A stretch of 63,695 nucleotides of DNA, counting the filler, from Octopus bimaculoides (taxonomy: Eukaryota), in the NCBI RefSeq assembly GCF_001194135.2. It is 5 parts of 4 records of this genome, joined end to end, with 100 filler letters (N's around TTAATTAATTAA, not from the genome) between each part and the next. Parts side by side here need not be neighbours in the genome. Positions count along the whole stretch, not along the records: positions 1 to 24,026 come from NC_068989.1; positions 24,127 to 40,923 come from NC_068987.1; 3 more parts are not named here. One strand, 5' to 3'. The position numbers and the translations under genes were made by a program. Position 1 is the stretch's first letter. Each line of letters begins with the position of its first letter. Under the pieces are notes generated by a model. That model ran no database searches. It was not told where the DNA came from and saw only the letters and a list, made by a program, of their open reading frames with translations. Below are positions 13,326 to 26,781 of the stretch, piece by piece.

Positions 13326-14057
13326 TTTCGGTGTCAATAAATTAAGTGCAAGTTGCGTCCTGAGGTCGACCTAATCGACTGACCCCAGCGGTATTTCACC
13401 CTTCGCTACGTTCTTACTTGAAATTCCGACTTTGCCTTTCATCATTTCAGGGTCGATTAAATAAGTACCAGTTACGCCCTGGGAGGCGATGTAATTGAGT
13501 TAATCCCCTTCCACCAAGCTGCCCTTGTGGTAAAAATTTGAAATCATTATTATTATTACGGCGGCAAGTTGGCAGAATCGTTAGCACGCCGGGCGAAATG
13601 CTTAGCGGTATTTCGTCTGCTGCTGCGTTCTAAGTTCAAGATCTGCAGAGGTCGACTTTGCATTTCATCCTTTCGAGGTCGATAAATTAAGTACCAGTGA
13701 AACACTGGAGTCGATGAAATCGACTGGTTCCCTCTCCCAAAATTTCAGGCCTTGTGCCTTTAGCAGAAAGGATTATCAAGGCAGCGAGCTGGCAGAATCA
13801 TTAGCACGCCGAACAAAATGCTTAACCATTCTATGTTTCGCTCCCTGTGGGCAATAAAGAAATTGGTATTTCGTCTGCCGCTGCGTTCTGAGTTCAAATT
13901 CCGCCGCGGTTGACTTTGCCTTTCATCCTTTCGGGGTCGATAAATTAAGTACCTTTGAAACACTGGGGTCGATGTAATCGACTAGTCTCCTCCCACAAAA
14001 ATTCGAGGCCTTGTCCCTTCAGTAGAAAGGATTATAATAATAATAATAATAATAATA

Positions 14058-14112
<55 letters not shown>

Positions 14113-14546
14113 CGGTGAGCTGGCAGAATCGTTAACACGACGGGCGAAATGCTTAGCGGTATGGCGCTACGTTTCCGAGTTCAAATCCCGCCGAGGTCGA
14201 CTTTGCATTTCATCCTTTCGATGTTGATAAATTAAGTAGCTGTTAAGTACTAGGGTCGATGTGATTGGCTGTCCCTCTCCCTACAAAATCCAGGTCTTGT
14301 GCTTATAGAAGAAAGGGTTATTATTATTATTAAAGCGGCGAGCTAGGAGAATTCTTCACACACCGTGCAGACCGTTTAACAGAATTTCTTCTGCCTGTAC
14401 GTTCTTAGTTCAAATTCCACTAGGGTCAACTTTACCTTTCATTCTTTTGGGGTCGATAACATAAGTACCAGTTAAGCGCTGGGGTCGATGTAATCAATTT
14501 AACCCCTCCCATCAAAATTGCTGGCATTGTGCCAAAATTCGAAACC
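13326..14546 (+). mobile_element. Head-to-tail array of about six SINE family A copies
   Basis: Units at about 13326-13386, 13387-13550, 13560-13776, 13778-14030, 14109-14317 and 14332-14546, mostly joined by ATT-rich tails. Confidence 0.9.
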
Positions 14547-16293
14547 ATCAATATTATTATTGTTGTTGGTGGTGGTGATGTTGGTGTTGGTGTCGGTGGT
14601 GTTGGTTGTGTTGACGGTATCATTATTGTTGCTGATCTTGTTATTATCGATATCAGTACGTGAATGCGTGTTGAATTGTGTCACAATATATTTGAATCTC
14701 GGCAAACAATCCGATATCGATTGGCTAGCTTTGACGTTTACTCGATATGACTCAGATTGCAGACAAAATTGAAAGTAAAAGTGAAAACGAGAAAAAAGCC
14801 AACAGTAAACGCATCAATGACACTTTTTAGAACGATGGCCAAGCGTTCACAACCATGACGGAAACAGTCTGTACATTACTATTAATAATTCTGTGTTGCC
14901 ATCGAAGTTATTTTCAATTCTGATCAAACTCGAAAATATAGTAAGGTTAAGACAATCAGTTCCATTATCAAATGTATGGGATCCACCAATATTATAGCAT
15001 AATTATTTTCAATAATAAATCATTTTTGGAAGTGTATTGCGTATATAAACCGAATAGAAAGTCAATTGCTTTGCAGAATATGTAAAAAATTAATCAATCA
15101 TAATATGATTTCGGAGTCCACTAGGTTTTAAGATGTAGGGTTCCTGACAACACTAATATATCTAGATCAGTGTCTTGTTTTATAATTTTCTGCGGTTTCA
15201 TTGCGAGGACAATGTGTCGAATAATATTAATATTGAAGAAATATTTGAAATGTATCTGCTTTGATAGATCAGTCTTGCAATCGATATTGGAGATTATCAC
15301 ATCGAATAATAAATGATACATGCTGAAATTTAGGTCAGGTCAGGACAGATTACATTGCACACTGATGGAATTACATGGCAACTGGTAACCATATAATCCT
15401 GTACTACCTGCGTATAATCGATACTCAACTGGTCGTTACTGTGCTTTCCTACGGAGGTGGGGATTGGATACCCAACATGACTAAAGCACGAAATCTGTCA
15501 GTGAAAGTACGAATTTCATGAAAGTCAAGCGTATTCATTCGTATCCTGGGTTCTACCAAGAGAAGCGCCCCAATGAAAATTACTCTGTTTAACTCTACTA
15601 GGCTTCTGGGAGTTGAAACAAATAGTCACTCCAAAAGCCGAAACGCATTATAGACAAATTAACTAGATGCGATAATGAACAAGAATTAGGCATCAAACCA
15701 GGAAGTTTGGTTCATATAAGGTTCACTTGACCATTAGGCCCATAGCATGCTCAACACATATGAGACAGTGTAAGTACAAAATATCTTCGATGGCTGTGAC
15801 GAATAGACAGAAGTACTGTTTTAGTATGGTGTCATGTGACATATTAAACACTACATACTGATTAATTCCTGACCGTTTAGTATTTTAACTTTTGATTATG
15901 AGGAATGGTCGGTTGTATTCTAAATATTATTCACCTATATTTGCTTTTAAACCAAAGCAACAAATAAATATACCCAGGTGAAACTAATATCCTTCTATGA
16001 TTTTTCTTCCTCAAAACACGATCGATGATATCTGGTCGGATTACTATCTAATCTGATGGCAGCGTTAAACCGTAAATAAATATAATGGTTTAGTTATTCA
16101 TATATGCATACACATATATCAGACTCTGCACGGTTCCCTGCATACGTATATTGAGTACTTTGATCTTTTCACATTAAAAAAGAAAAACTTAATATATATA
16201 CTGTAAATCTATTTCTTTATCACTGTATATTCCTTCTCTCTATTTCTCTAATTTGTTGTTCTGTCTTTCTGTCTTTCTTTATCACCGATGTAT

Positions 16294-16361
<68 letters not shown>

Positions 16362-19300
16362 TGCATATGCATGTACGTGTGTGAGAGTGTATTTATGTGT
16401 GTGTAGCTGAATATTTATTTCACGTTGTTATTAACATAAGCATACCTGAAAGTTTAGCTATGTCTAAAGAAAATTGATTACATTCTATTGCGAGATAATC
16501 AGCAGTTGCGATCTGTTTCCTCTTTGCAGCAACCCTTTACTCGATATTTGAAGAACTAGAATGATGGCAACACTGTATTTGCTCGCCTTCTGGTTCTGTA
16601 AACTCTTTGATTGCAGGGAACCATTTCCACTCTAATAACATCCTTAGAAGCTTAACTGATGAAACCTTTAACACCGAAATTTAAGTCCTAGTTACTGCAC
16701 ACATACAACATACATACGTGTATGATTGGAGACCAAACACAGGAATGAATGTAACATTTGCTTGGTTATTGATCAAACTTTTTGCTGTTAAAATTGTTTC
16801 TTATATAAATCAACAAACCTTAAGCGTTCGCTTTGGAAATGGCATACAAACGGCATGAAATGTAGTTATTTTAGAAATAATTCTAAAGCCTTTATAATGA
16901 TAAGGACAGTAAAAGTCTGTTAATATTCTCATAACAGTCATTTCTTATGCTGCATTGACGAAAACATCATAGAATGAATTATGTTCAAAACACATGATCT
17001 GTTTTGCCAGTTTACATCCAAACACTGTTTATGACGCATATTCCTTTAATCCGAAATATTCTAAATATATTTGCAACTGATTGCATCGGCTTCAGCTGAA
17101 CATTTCACAGAGAAAATGAAACTTTAGAAGGATTATAGCAAATAGGTAAGTTGTTAAGCTCATGTTAAAGAATTTGTAGATTGCCAATAACAACACTTGC
17201 ATGATTTGGTATTAAGATGCCAAAAGATCATGACATATAAATAGCGATAAATAATGGATTTGTTTATGAGCTCGGAGGTTTTGAGGAAAATAATAGAAAT
17301 TAATATATTTGTTATCATAAAGAATCAAAATATGACACTCTCTATAGCTGAATGTGAAATACATCATACAATTTAGAAAGTATCGAATCGTGTAGAAAAT
17401 ACATCAGAAAATGACGACGATGAGAAAACTGATATAAACGATTATATATTTACTTGAATAAATTTTGTTTTTAAAGATCTAATTTATAAAAGTGATGCAC
17501 TGGAAGGAGAATTTGTTTGGTTTCCGTTATTGCCGTTTGTTTTGAAGACGGTAAAATACAAGTAGCGAAGCAATGGGATTGTAGTGCTTTGTTAGGTAAG
17601 TCTACTTTCTNNNNNNNNNNNNNNNNNNNNNNNNNNNNNNNNNNNNNNNNNNNNNNNNNNNNNNNNNNNNNNNNNNNNNNNNNNNNNNNNNNNNNNNNNN
17701 NNNNNNNNNNNNNNNNNNNNNNNNNNNNNNNNNNNNNNNNNNNNNNNNNNNNNNNNNNNNNNNNNNNNNTATATATATATATATATTATATATATATATA
17801 TATAATACACATATATACGTATATGCACATAAATATGTGTATGTATGTGTGTGTGTTTACTTGATGTCGAACTTTCAATTCGATCCTTCACTAAACCGAT
17901 ATAAAACAATAATAATACGCGAACTTATTTGAACTAAGCATTTCAACAAGATACAAATTTCCGTTTTGTTAAGAATAATTTCCTCTGCATTTGATTGCTT
18001 GGCTCGGTTAATAATTGCAGTTGTTTATAGTATCTCAGGCAATACAGAAAACAACGACCATGACACAAAATGAAAATAGTGAACCAAAAAGTCTACCTGT
18101 TGATCAATAATTTAGAATAAAAAATTGCATTATGATTAACAACATATTTAAATTTTAATTTCCATGTTGATACGGTTTGTAATTATTGTTTTATAACGTA
18201 AAATTTTTTAAAATCTTTTTTTTAAACTATATTTTCAAAGCTAATATTTCGGTTTTCAGACACCGAAAAGCAAAGCAAATAATTACATAAAATAATATAA
18301 ATGAACATCAAAGTATGTCCCGAATTATTTGTAGGTTTAATAGCGGTGACAAATTACCAGCAAGAATCAATGAATTTGAAACAATTAGAACTTATCGACT
18401 CAGTTACACTGATATTCTGAGGATCAAAAGTATGGTTTAAAGTATCTTTGGTCCTGAAAATATGTTCTGCAGAAATTACCATCATATAAATCTCTAAAGA
18501 TAGATTCAGCCGTAACTACTAAAATATCTATTACTAGGCATTCGCCCACTAATAACAGAGATAAGTGCTTATCTCGGCAAAGAGTGTTCTGATGACGTAT
18601 TACTATAAACAACGACTGCGCTGGATAATTATAACTTAGGACATCACTTTCTTTTACAATATCTCAATACATCTCATAGCGAGGATGGTCTAACTAGATA
18701 GCATAGAATTAGTAGTAAAATTTCGCCTTCCATATTCTCATGACATAAACTACTTGCAATAAAGTTTTCGAAACTTGAGTTATGAGAAACTAGTATCGTC
18801 GTATTTTATTTAGGAGGTAAATGTTTTATATCTCACAGTAGCAATTAACCTGATTGTATCTAAGTAGGTTATTTTCAATAAGTGGTAAATGTTAAAGGAC
18901 AAGCCAGTTTCCCGAGAAGCAGGTTCGATTATCATTTATATCCATTTTAGTTTGAACGTCACAATATGCTATAATTCGTCTTTCCAGGTTAACTCTATTG
19001 CAATCATTATTATAGTTAGAGGATGTTATATAACTTCTCTAAAATACAAGAATCAACGAGAGACTTCTACTTTGTTATTCAATCTGTTAGAAATATCAGT
19101 CAACAATTCCTCAAACCATGCCATAATTTTTTAATAATTAACTATGCTTCTAATAATATGATCTTTCATTCACTTGTAACTACAGAAAATATCGGAAGGT
19201 CACAGTTTCAATGTCCTGATAATAGTTCAGAGTTCTCCAGGGATAATCTAAAGCAATAAAGGTGTAAATCACACTGGGTTCATTACAAAATACAAAGAAG

Positions 19301-19505
19301 CAATTTTTGAAGTAGAGCTTTGAATTAGAATTCCTTTATTTAATTTAGTTTCTTCAGAAAAGTCTTAGTCTCTAAAACTGCAGTATTTACAAAAGAAGCT
19401 TTGCTATATTGCAGGGTTTATTCAATAGATTGCATACTTCCCGAGAGATTCTGACCACCCAAACACACACACACGCACACGTACACGCACACACACAGAT
19501 ACGCC

Positions 19506-19619
<114 letters not shown>

Positions 19620-20224
19620 CTCTCTCTCTCTCCCTCCCCCATATATATACATATATATATACATGCATAATAAAAATCAACATTCGAAATAGCATTGTGT
19701 TAAAATATAAACCTCGTTGTTTTTAGTTTTTTGTTAGTCCTGTAAGTTATGAATTCAGTGAAGCCTGATTTCAGTTCATAAACAACAGAATAATGAATTT
19801 AATTCGCTATCATCCTGTGTTACTTATTTTATACAGATTTATAAATAAATAGTATTGAAATGCAGAAGGGCGCTTACAACTGCTACCAGAATACAAAGTA
19901 CATGATACTAAGTTTTAACTCACTTGCGAGTTACGACTGTAGGATTTTACACCCCATTAAAAATCCTTCGCCGTGTTCAGTGCTAAAAGGAACCAATATT
20001 ATAAATACAAATGAGTTTAGAATGGCCTAAGTGGTAATAAAAGGAAAACAAGTTTCTCACAATATAGGAAAATTCCAATACCAATAAGCAGTTCCTGGAG
20101 GTTTAGGGCAGCACCAATACAGATACTTGTATTGTTGGTGACATTGCTGTTGCTATAGTTGTTTAACTACTGGTCGGCTTTGGTACAGCAAACCTATCAT
20201 CATATTTTCTTATATTTTACATCG

Positions 20225-20335
20225 AAGCCTACTTTACCTGGTGTGCCCTTTATTTTTGAAGATAGTAAAATGTGATTTGGAGAATATTCGGCTGTTATTT
20301 CTAGGTGGTTAAGCAACTACGTAAAAATTCTCTCT

Positions 20336-20386
<51 letters not shown>

Positions 20387-21510
20387 GTTCGGAATTGAAA
20401 TGGATTTGTAGAAGGACGGGCAACTGCGGAAAGCTTCCTTGTTTGAATCTGATACATGACTTCCTAGAATTGGTAGAACCAGTGTAGGACCAATTTCCAA
20501 TAGAAGCAAAATACTAAACATACAATGAATCGGTTCTTGAAGTTAAATGTGGAATTTTACTGAAAGACGAAGTTTGTACTTTATATTAAGAAAAATGAAA
20601 GAAAAATCTCTCGAAGCCAATTCTCCCCCTCTCACGAAAAAAAGAAATGTTAATTTATCATCAGAACTAATGACTGATCAGTCGTAAAGCCAAATATAGA
20701 ACCTGTATGTAGTTATTCGGGTTGCTAAAAATGGCAGCAAAATCATTCTGATATTACACCTTACTGTCTTTTGTAAATTGAAGGACACATTGGGCATTAT
20801 GTCATTGATATACAAAATTCCATGAAAGCAGCGGCTGGAACACCTTAAGCCATAAGTCTATTCGATGTTCGTTGATTTGGGTCTTAATAACAATAATAAA
20901 TTATAGAAAATATAACAATTTCTCTCGGTGAACCAATTATGTTTTGGGTTAGTTCCAGGCCACAGAAACTATAATACTTAATTATAATATATAAGCAATG
21001 CAGTTAATTAATATGTCTAGAGACGCGATCGAAACATCGAGTGAAATTATTTCTAGATAGAAAAAATGAACTCAGTGCAACGATGTCAAGAACAATGACC
21101 TGTTTTTTCCTCACCGCACTTACATATTAAAATACACTGTGATGTGTATGATATGTACCATTTTTCTAATTTGATTCATTGTCTTATCTTGCTCCTGATA
21201 ATTTTTCACTAGAGCTTGCCGCCCTGACACGAGCGTCTAGACTCTCCGGTGCTGCCTAATTTAACATTTTTACTGGGTCGATGATTATTATTATTTTTTT
21301 TAATCTGATACATTGTCGTTCTATATTTCCATATCAGCATTGACCGTACAGTTCTAATAATCAAAGATATTACAGCCATGAATATTTTGGGTTGTTATGT
21401 GCTTAGCATATCTACGACTACATTATTTAATGCATCCTCTCTATGTTTTAAGTCGGGTGCAGTCTGATAGAGATTAGCCTGTTAATTGTAGCAGATTGAG
21501 CAACTTCATA
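20225..21510. repeat. Three degenerate fragments of an interspersed repeat, family D (about 20225-20330 +, 20690-20810 -, 21330-21510 +)
   Basis: Shared motif gtgatttg(g)agaNattNggctgttatttctag. Related pieces lie at about 24130-24334, 34290-34420, 35990-36190 and 39740-39945. Confidence 0.5.
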
Positions 21511-21949
21511 GAAACACACACGGTAGCTTGTAATAATGTTCGTTTTTTTTTTCATGCGGGTGCCATACACGTCTCAACGGTGAGAGGAATAATACAAATA
21601 ATCTAAATGATTTTGATTTCTCTCTCAAATGAGGTTATAAAGCTAAATCCTTCTTTCTATATTTACATTTCTAATAGTTTCAGTCAAGGACTTTAATCAT
21701 TCATAGCGACCTGAGTACTTACTTCAGTCTTGTAATCACTGGTAATTATTAATCGTTCATGTGTACCGAATGGCTGAGTTAATTTTTTAGTTAAAGGGAC
21801 GTTACTCTAAGAAAAATCAAAATTCATGCACAAATATATACAGACAGGCATATGCATGTATATAAGCTAACCTTTAAGTAGGCAGTATTCAGGCTAAACA
21901 TTTTTTATCTCACCAAACATGTCCCATATATTGGTGCTGTATATCTAAC

Positions 21950-22800
21950 CAAATGCGAGCTAAACTGTCTCATTTCCTACAGGAATACATTTCTCACTAC
22001 ATAATTCATTTTTGCTATGTCCAGCACATGTCAGCTTTCAGGACATTGTTTTCGTTATAGCAACATTTGCCAGTGCAAATCGCTATATATAAATCCTACT
22101 GATTGTCATTCATACCTTAGTTATTCTTCTTTTCATGTCACATCTCACAAATCCAGTATCTTTTTTCAATTTCTCCATCCCTGTCATCTGAACTCCAAGC
22201 TTTTTTCTATGCACCACTTTATGGAAATTTCTTTTCCGGTCTATCACTCTCGCTATCACACACACACCTGATATACATATATCGCGAAACCATTTTCCAT
22301 TCAATTTTAGCTTCCACCAAGTCACCTTTCTATCATAATGAACACCACTAAAGAATTTATGCATTTAATTTTCTAACCCGGTAACTTTTACAATTTTTTT
22401 TTTCACACTAACTCTCTCCTCTTTCAGGAGTAGCTCAAATTACAGTGACGGATTATTTAGAATCTCGCTAACTCACAGTCACACACATTCTGGTACTTTT
22501 AAATATTCTTATTCTAGATATACTAGGTCTTTCATCTTAAGTTACCACAACCATAACTGTCCTGAATTTCTAGCACATAGTCAAATATAACTTCAACTGA
22601 ACCTCTGTCAGTTTTGTAATGCATTATATCCATAACTTGAAAGAAGACACCGATTAAACGGGAACATTTCTCGCATAATCGGCGTCCTGTTTCGAGATCA
22701 TTTCTATAGAATTAAGGACTGCACTCAGACCTGACTAGTGCTTTAACATTTCAACATATCTGGCCACTCTATTATCAAACATTGAATAGCTGGAGCAGTT
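21950..22800 (+). mobile_element. Decayed Penelope-like element (RT thumb plus GIY-YIG remnant)
   Basis: INPTDCHSYLSYSSFH...KSSIFFQFL resembles the Penelope KPTDSHSYL..SSSHP...SQFLR motif. Downstream FRDHFYRIKD...HFNISGHS resembles the GIY-YIG region. Confidence 0.65.
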
Positions 22801-24026
22801 GGCGCAGTTTTGACAACAGGTCACAAAGAACATTCTTCTTTTCGGATAAAGGTTAAATTAGTTTTTCTTAAGAGATATTCTTTTATAAAATTAAATATCG
22901 CCTATCCATTTTGTTCCATGCATTCTCAAACTTTTTCTTTTCATTATTACTCTCACTTTAGGTGTTATTTTACTAGGACAACTCTGTCAATCGACCGTTT
23001 CTAAGTCACTCTTTAGATTCCGTTATTCTCAAACGGTCAAAAACTTCTGGCTCTCATTCAAATTAGCAATTAACAAAACAGCCATACAATTTATTATCCT
23101 TTCAAATCTTTTCATTATTCCACCCTACACAAACTGAACCTGGTAACTTTTGCACATTAGCATGTTTAACTGCTTCCAAAACCAACATAAATAGCTTCGT
23201 TATTCACCCACGTACTCATTCTAAACTTTTCCGTCCATGTTTATTGAGTTCAACATTCTTGCAATTGTATTTATTACTCACACCAAAATGATACTGAATT
23301 TGTCCATTTTTATTCACAGATCTCTAGTTACAAGATAATACATGAAGTTTAAAATATTTAAATCGTTATTCTAAAATACATTACTTCCAGAACGTCTTTT
23401 GTTCATCTCTTCTATGTCTTCCTTTTTCTCAACGTAATCTATAATCTCAGTACTATGTGAATAAAACACCTATAAATACACGTTTTCTGTTAGACGAAGG
23501 GTCTGGTTCTTCGTTCATACTGGTTATATAGATTTACTGAGAAAATATTCACTCAGGAACGTAAGACTTTGTCTGAAAAGTGTCCAGCACAAAGCTCAAG
23601 GCTACTCAATAACATATAAAGTAATACCAGCTTCATAATTCATAAAAAATATTACAATACACAATGTTTTGTATTCTCATTTCCCCTTTTTGCAAAAATC
23701 AATCGCACGTATATACACACACCAGTATGTGTGCATTTATGTATATATATGCATGTAGGTATGCATTTTTGTCGGTAAGTAGCTAAGTATATATATATGC
23801 ATATATGCATACATGTATGTAAGTAGGTAAGTATATTTATGTATGTGTATGTATATTTATCTGTTAGTTTATCTGGCTGTGTGTCAATCATTCTCTCTTT
23901 ATATCTGTATGATTGTCTCTGGCTGACTTTCTGTCTCTGTCTATCTATCTATCTATCTATGTATCTATCTATCTATCTATCTATCTATCTGTCTATCTAT
24001 CTATCTATTTCTGAATGTATATATAT

Positions 24027-24126
24027 NNNNNNNNNNNNNNNNNNNNNNNNNNNNNNNNNNNNNNNNNNNNTTAATTAATTAANNNNNNNNNNNNNNNNNN
24101 NNNNNNNNNNNNNNNNNNNNNNNNNN
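24027..24126. other. Assembly spacer N44-TTAATTAATTAA-N44 (also at 40924-41023, 48567-48666 and 61846-61945)
   Basis: An identical 100-bp construct occurs four times. The palindromic 12-mer has stops in all six frames. Confidence 0.95.
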
Positions 24127-24261
24127 ATAAACCCAGACACCGACTCTCACATGAATACCCCTAAGGGATTGCTCGGCCCTCCAGAAATAGCCATTTAATC
24201 ACTCTCTGATCGATGAAATAGGGAGCATTCAAATCAGATGATCGGTCTTAAATACTCCTAA

Positions 24262-24880
24262 TAAACGTGATGGGTAAGGTTGGAATGCCTTTCATCTTAG
24301 ATCTGCTCTGTAAGTTTGAATCTTTCAATGGAACTCTCGACTGAGTAATATTTGAAGGGCGATTGGAAGAACTGGTTAGAACAACGGACAAAGAACACTG
24401 CAGTGTGTGTTCTGACTTTGCGTCCTGAGTTCAAATTTACCCAAGGTCAACCTTGGTATTTAATCCTCCTGAGTCGAATAAAATTTTATTGCCAGCCATA
24501 TAGTGAATGTATCTCTCTCTTTCTCTCTCTCTCTATTTATCTATGTCATTCAAAGTTTGTCCTACTGTGTTATGAGACAGATGTCGTCATTGTCATCATC
24601 ACCATCGTCGACGACGATGATGATGATGAAGACAACGACGGCAACTTAAATTGATACTGATGTCTTAAATCGTTTCACTGTTTTCTTTCTGAATTATATA
24701 TTTATTCATCAATTCTTTTACTGCTTTAAGCTATGGACTGTGGCCACGCTGGGGCACCACCTTAAAGAGTTTTTAGTCGATAATATCGACCCCAATACAG
24801 CAACCAGGTTCCATTGAAAGATTAAAACTTACAAAGCAGATCTAAGATGAAAGACGTTCCAACCGTACCCATCACGTTTA
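24262..24880. repeat. 73-bp inverted repeat pair (24262-24334 / 24808-24880)
   Basis: 68/73 identical by manual alignment. Confidence 0.9.
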
Positions 24881-25269
24881 TCGATTCTATTCGTTTGTTT
24901 CTGCACTTTCGTACTTATTGTATGTCAGTTCAAAATCTTATTGTTTGAGATTATACCATAACGGATATCGAAATAGGTACACGCCATGTCCATGTTTCTT
25001 TATCTATCCATCTATCTATCTAGCTATCTATCAAAGTGACAAATATTTCTGCTGTAACATTTGAAAAACTTAGATTGAACCGCAACGAACGGAGGTTAAC
25101 TTTGCTATAAAGCCATAAAGAACAGTAAACTGAGCCTTCTTGAACAACTCAAACAACTGAGAACAAAGATAAAGTCTTAAAATAATAGACCTGCCATTTT
25201 CTTAAGTGCAATCTGTGGACTTATCTGTAAATCGTTGGTTTGATTAAAGTTGCAAAAAGATATAGATAT

Positions 25270-26545
25270 CAAAGCTAGAAAAAATTGTTGTTAAACTCTC
25301 ATACGTCGAAATGTCCTTTGTATTGCCGCTAAAATCCTGACAGGAATCTATCCAAAATCACAATGTGTTTCATATCAGGCGGCGGCACCATCGATATATT
25401 GTTTTCACTTTGTCAAGTTACTGAGAAAGTTTGTAAGAAAACCATTAACTTGTGAGAAAACCATGAACTTGTGAGAAAACCATAAAATCGTTTTTATAGA
25501 CCTGACCAAAGCGTTCGACACTATCACTAGCCAGTTCTTAATAACAGCTGGTATACTTGATGAAATACTAAGTCATCATTTGCCTTCATGTAGGAAAGAA
25601 AACATCTGTCAAACCCCAGATGCTGTTGAAGTTTCGGATGACACAAAGCAGGGTTGTGTCTTGGCACCAATTCCTTTTGTGCTTTTCTTCTCAGTCATGC
25701 TGCATCATATTTATGGCGATATTGTTTCAGACGTACAGTTCTAATTCATATTCCCTACAAGTGGTGACATTTTTAGTCACGTGCACTTTAAAGCCAAAAC
25801 ACTTGTCCGAATGGCAATGATACTTGACTTCTTACTTGCTGATGATTCTGCACTTGTAACGTCTATAAAAAAAAAAGCACAGGAGCTGGTTAATCGTTTC
25901 TCCAATGCGAAGAAAGCTTTCGCTCTTACCATCTGATCTCGAAAGACTGAAGTCGTCCACTAGCCAATCAGCAATCAGACTGTCCCCAAGCAAATGGGAC
26001 GTATAAAACAACCAGTCCCATCATCATCGATGACAACAACCTGAAATATGTAAAGATCTTCACATATCTAAGGAGTAGAGACTCACTTGATGACGAATTA
26101 GTCAACTGCAAAATGAAAGCTACAATTGTCATCATCTATGGAATAAAAGAGGAATATAATTAGAAACAAAAATTATTGTTTACCAAGCTGCAACTCTTTC
26201 TACAATCTTGTACGAAACGGAATCTTGGATCCCCTATCGATCATATATCAACCAACATGATTCTTTTTTTTTTCATAATTGATGTCTTCAGACAATTTGT
26301 AGATACAGACTGAACCAACGAATTTCGAATATTGACCTATTCACTAAATATAAAATTGATGGTAACGAATCCTTTTTTTTTTTCTTTGCAGTCCAAATTA
26401 AGACAGAATGGTCTTGTCGTCAGAATGAGTAACAGCAAAATTCCGAAAATTTTTACGTACTATAGCTTGTTCCAATGATGGAAGGAGAAACGTAGGAATA
26501 CTACGGCTCAGGTACAAAAACAAACTCAAGGTTAACCTAAAAGGA
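25270..26545 (+). mobile_element. Decayed RTE-clade (BovB-like) LINE, RT and C-terminal region
   Basis: Fragments VFIDLTKAFDTI, FLLADDSALV, RFSNAKKAFALTI, KTEVV, FTYLRS, TKIIVYQAATLSTILYETESW and LRYKNKLKVNL, with many stops and frameshifts. Confidence 0.8.
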
Positions 26546-26721
26546 GAAATATTTCCCAAGAAACAATTTTAAAAAATACTGTATTGAATTAAAACGAATG
26601 GAGGATTAAGCCGTCTTTATCACCTTAAAGAACTTAAAGCAAGGAAAAACTCTCACTCTAGCATGGCAGCTACTTTGTATAAAGCTTCTCTCTTATGTCC
26701 ATTTTATGAACTTGTCTGTAA

Positions 26722-26781
<60 letters not shown>

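Noticed and set aside
13326-14546. Regularly spaced repeats superficially like a CRISPR array
   Set aside because: The units are about 215-bp SINEs with microsatellite linkers, there are no unique spacers or cas genes, and the context is eukaryotic.
16656-16695. CTGATGA...CCGAAA...GTC hammerhead-like string
   Set aside because: No consistent stems I or II.
17230-18120. Coding-like stretch with gtaagt donors at 17146 and 17596 and a possible terminal exon (VSQAIQKTTT...VDQ*)
   Set aside because: The upstream segments have stops or frame conflicts in all frames and show no recognisable homology; unresolved.
24071-24082. Recurrent TTAATTAATTAA islands (also 40968, 48611 and 61890)
   Set aside because: Always centred in N44 flanks; an assembly spacer with six-frame stops.
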